Source: Escherichia coli
GTDB taxonomy: Bacteria > Pseudomonadota > Gammaproteobacteria > Enterobacterales > Enterobacteriaceae
Strand: one strand, 5' to 3'
Assembly: GCF_044324875.1 (NCBI RefSeq)
Contig: NZ_CP172185.1
Length of the DNA stretch: 64,000 bases
Shown here: positions 62,246-64,000 of the stretch, piece after piece
Numbering within the stretch: position 1 is the stretch's first letter
How the letters are laid out: every line of letters begins with the position of its first letter
Notes under the pieces: model-generated
Database searches by the model: none
Seen by the model: the letters and a program-made list of their open reading frames with translations, nothing else
What the model was told of the DNA's origin: nothing
Made by a program: the position numbers and the translations under genes

Positions 62246-62357
62246 CCCCGGCTAGACCGGGGTGCGCGAATACTGCGCCAACACCAGGGAAATCTTGGCT
62301 GCGCCGTAAATTATTATGATGAGTTACAAGGGCACAGCACTGTTTTTCAGGCCGCAC
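62237..62357 (-). ncRNA. arcZ: ArcZ (SraH/RyhA) small regulatory RNA
   Basis: Reverse complement of 62237-62357 reads GTGCGGCCTGAAAAACAGTGCTGTGCCCTTGTAACTCATCATAATAATTTACGGCGCAGCCAAGATTTCCCTGGTGTTGGCGCAGTATTCGCGCACCCCGGTCTAGCCGGGGTCATTTTTT, which matches the ArcZ sequence as I recall it, including its terminator; 3' end overlaps the arcB stop codon. Confidence 0.88.
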
Positions 62358-62474
62358 GCAGTTAAGATAGCAAAACTTAAATGATTTGTTACATGAATCA
62401 GTTAAATGTGTGATGCGTAGCATTTTTATTAAAAAAATTAATGTGTTTCAGTCAATTGCGAAAGGATGATCACA

Positions 62475-63128
62475 ATGAAGAAAATTGGCGTAATTCTGAG
62501 CGGATGCGGCGTCTATGACGGTTCTGAAATTCATGAAGCGGTGTTGACGTTGTTAGCTATTTCACGCAGCGGTGCACAGGCGGTCTGCTTTGCACCGGAT
62601 AAACAGCAGGTTGATGTTATCAACCATTTAACGGGCGAAGCGATGACGGAAACGCGCAATGTGCTGATTGAAGCGGCACGAATAACGCGCGGTGAAATCC
62701 GTCCTCTGGCCCAGGCCGATGCCGCTGAACTGGATGCGTTGATTGTGCCGGGGGGGTTTGGCGCGGCGAAGAATTTAAGCAATTTTGCCAGTCTTGGTCG
62801 CGAATGCACCGTTGACCGTGAATTAAAGGCGCTGGCACAAGCGATGCATCAGGCCGGAAAACCGCTTGGTTTTATGTGTATTGCCCCGGCGATGCTGCCG
62901 AAAATTTTCGATTTCCCGCTGCGTTTGACCATCGGTACTGATATCGATACCGCAGAAGTGCTGGAAGAGATGGGTGCGGAGCATGTGCCGTGTCCTGTCG
63001 ATGATATCGTGGTTGATGAAGACAACAAGATTGTCACCACCCCGGCATATATGCTGGCGCAGAACCTTGCAGAAGCGGCGAGCGGCATTGATAAGCTGGT
63101 TTCCCGCGTGCTGGTCCTGGCGGAATGA
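62475..63128 (+). CDS. elbB: Glyoxalase/DJ-1-like protein ElbB (YhbL)
   Basis: ORF track 62466..63128; start set at [23 protein letters not shown] (217 aa). Confidence 0.9.
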   Translation: MKKIGVILSGCGVYDGSEIHEAVLTLLAISRSGAQAVCFAPDKQQVDVINHLTGEAMTETRNVLIEAARITRGEIRPLAQADAAELDALIVPGGFGAAKNLSNFASLGRECTVDRELKALAQAMHQAGKPLGFMCIAPAMLPKIFDFPLRLTIGTDIDTAEVLEEMGAEHVPCPVDDIVVDEDNKIVTTPAYMLAQNLAEAASGIDKLVSRVLVLAE

Positions 63129-63853
63129 GTAAAAGCCGCTTAACGGTGTTTAGTTTCATTCGCCGTTTTCTTTTGCGGTTAATGGTTGTCCTCGCCGTTT
63201 TTTGGGGCGGGGGCATCGCGTTGTTTAGCGTTGCGCCTGTTCCTTTCTCAGCGGTAATGGTCGAGCGACAGGTCAGCGCCTGGCTGCATGGCAATTTTCG
63301 TTACGTGGCACATTCTGACTGGGTCAGTATGGATCAAATCTCGCCGTGGATGGGACTGGCGGTGATTGCCGCAGAAGATCAGACATTTCCTGAGCACTGG
63401 GGCTTTGATGTCGCTTCCATTGAGAAAGCCCTGGCGCACAACGAGCGCAATGAAAACCGTATTCGCGGTGCTTCAACGATTTCTCAGCAGACGGCCAAAA
63501 ATCTCTTTTTATGGGATGGGCGTAGCTGGGTTCGAAAAGGGCTGGAAGCTGGATTAACGCTGGGGATAGAAACTGTCTGGAGCAAAAAGCGTATCCTGAC
63601 GGTTTACCTGAATATCGCCGAATTTGGCGACGGTGTGTTTGGCGTCGAAGCTGCGGCACAACGTTATTTCCACAAACCCGCGAGCAAACTTACCCGCTCG
63701 GAAGCTGCATTACTGGCAGCTGTATTACCTAATCCACTTCGTTTCAAAGTCTCCGCGCCATCGGGCTACGTGCGTGGCCGTCAGGCGTGGATTTTACGGC
63801 AGATGTATCAGTTAGGCGGTGAGTCGTTTATGCAACAGCACCAGCTTGATTAA
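63125..63853 (+). CDS. mtgA: Monofunctional biosynthetic peptidoglycan transglycosylase
   Basis: ORF track 63125..63853 (242 aa); N-terminal TM, glycosyltransferase-51 motifs ([23 protein letters not shown]); overlaps elbB stop by 4 nt. Confidence 0.95.
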   Translation: MSKSRLTVFSFIRRFLLRLMVVLAVFWGGGIALFSVAPVPFSAVMVERQVSAWLHGNFRYVAHSDWVSMDQISPWMGLAVIAAEDQTFPEHWGFDVASIEKALAHNERNENRIRGASTISQQTAKNLFLWDGRSWVRKGLEAGLTLGIETVWSKKRILTVYLNIAEFGDGVFGVEAAAQRYFHKPASKLTRSEAALLAAVLPNPLRFKVSAPSGYVRGRQAWILRQMYQLGGESFMQQHQLD

Positions 63854-64000
63854 GCTTCGCGCGAAGTGAGGGCCAGCGTTTTGCTCTCACGAGGTTGCAG
63901 ATCTTTCTGCAGGGCAATAGCCAGCGCCGGTTGGGCGATAAATCGTTTCCATAACCGCTCTTGCTTACGCAGACAACACCACTTCGACCAGGTCGCCAGT
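63850..64000 (-). CDS. yrbL: 3' end of a convergent gene, probably yrbL (runs off window end)
   Basis: Minus-strand frame open from window end to TAA at 63852-63850 (hand translation ...[27 protein letters not shown]); K-12 gene order places yrbL convergent to mtgA. I do not recall the YrbL sequence itself. Confidence 0.5.
   Translation of the reverse strand, partial: LATWSKWCCLRKQERLWKRFIAQPALAIALQKDLQPRESKTLALTSREA

Overview
This window is about 64 kb of an Escherichia coli-type chromosome, given in reverse orientation relative to the K-12 reference. Gene order runs yhdW-yhdV-acrFE-acrS-yhdJ-fis-dusB-prmA-panF-accCB-acuI-csrD-mreBCD-maf-rng-yhdP-tldD-aaeRXAB-yhcON-argR-mdh-degSQ-zapG-zapE-rplM-rpsI-[islet]-sspAB-dcuD-nanRATEK-yhcH-yhcG-gltDB-yhcC-arcB-elbB-mtgA-yrbL. 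All identifications rest on reading the six-frame translations and my recollection of the E. coli proteins, gene order and lengths; no database search or alignment was run. I call 58 protein-coding genes (two truncated by window edges), one sRNA (ArcZ), one REP element, several intrinsic terminators and a few operator sites. I see no tRNA, rRNA, CRISPR array, IS element or prophage. Almost everything is conserved core housekeeping. The main candidate for something new is a ~0.9 kb single-gene islet between rpsI and sspA, absent from K-12 as I remember it, encoding a 264-aa protein that looks like a DUF695 + RraB-like fusion. Secondary observations: gltD directly abuts yhcG (the K-12 gltF and yhcADEF fimbrial genes are missing), and a family of three CAGAC-N3-GTCTG palindromes sits in and next to yhcG, two of them in-frame in the coding sequence.
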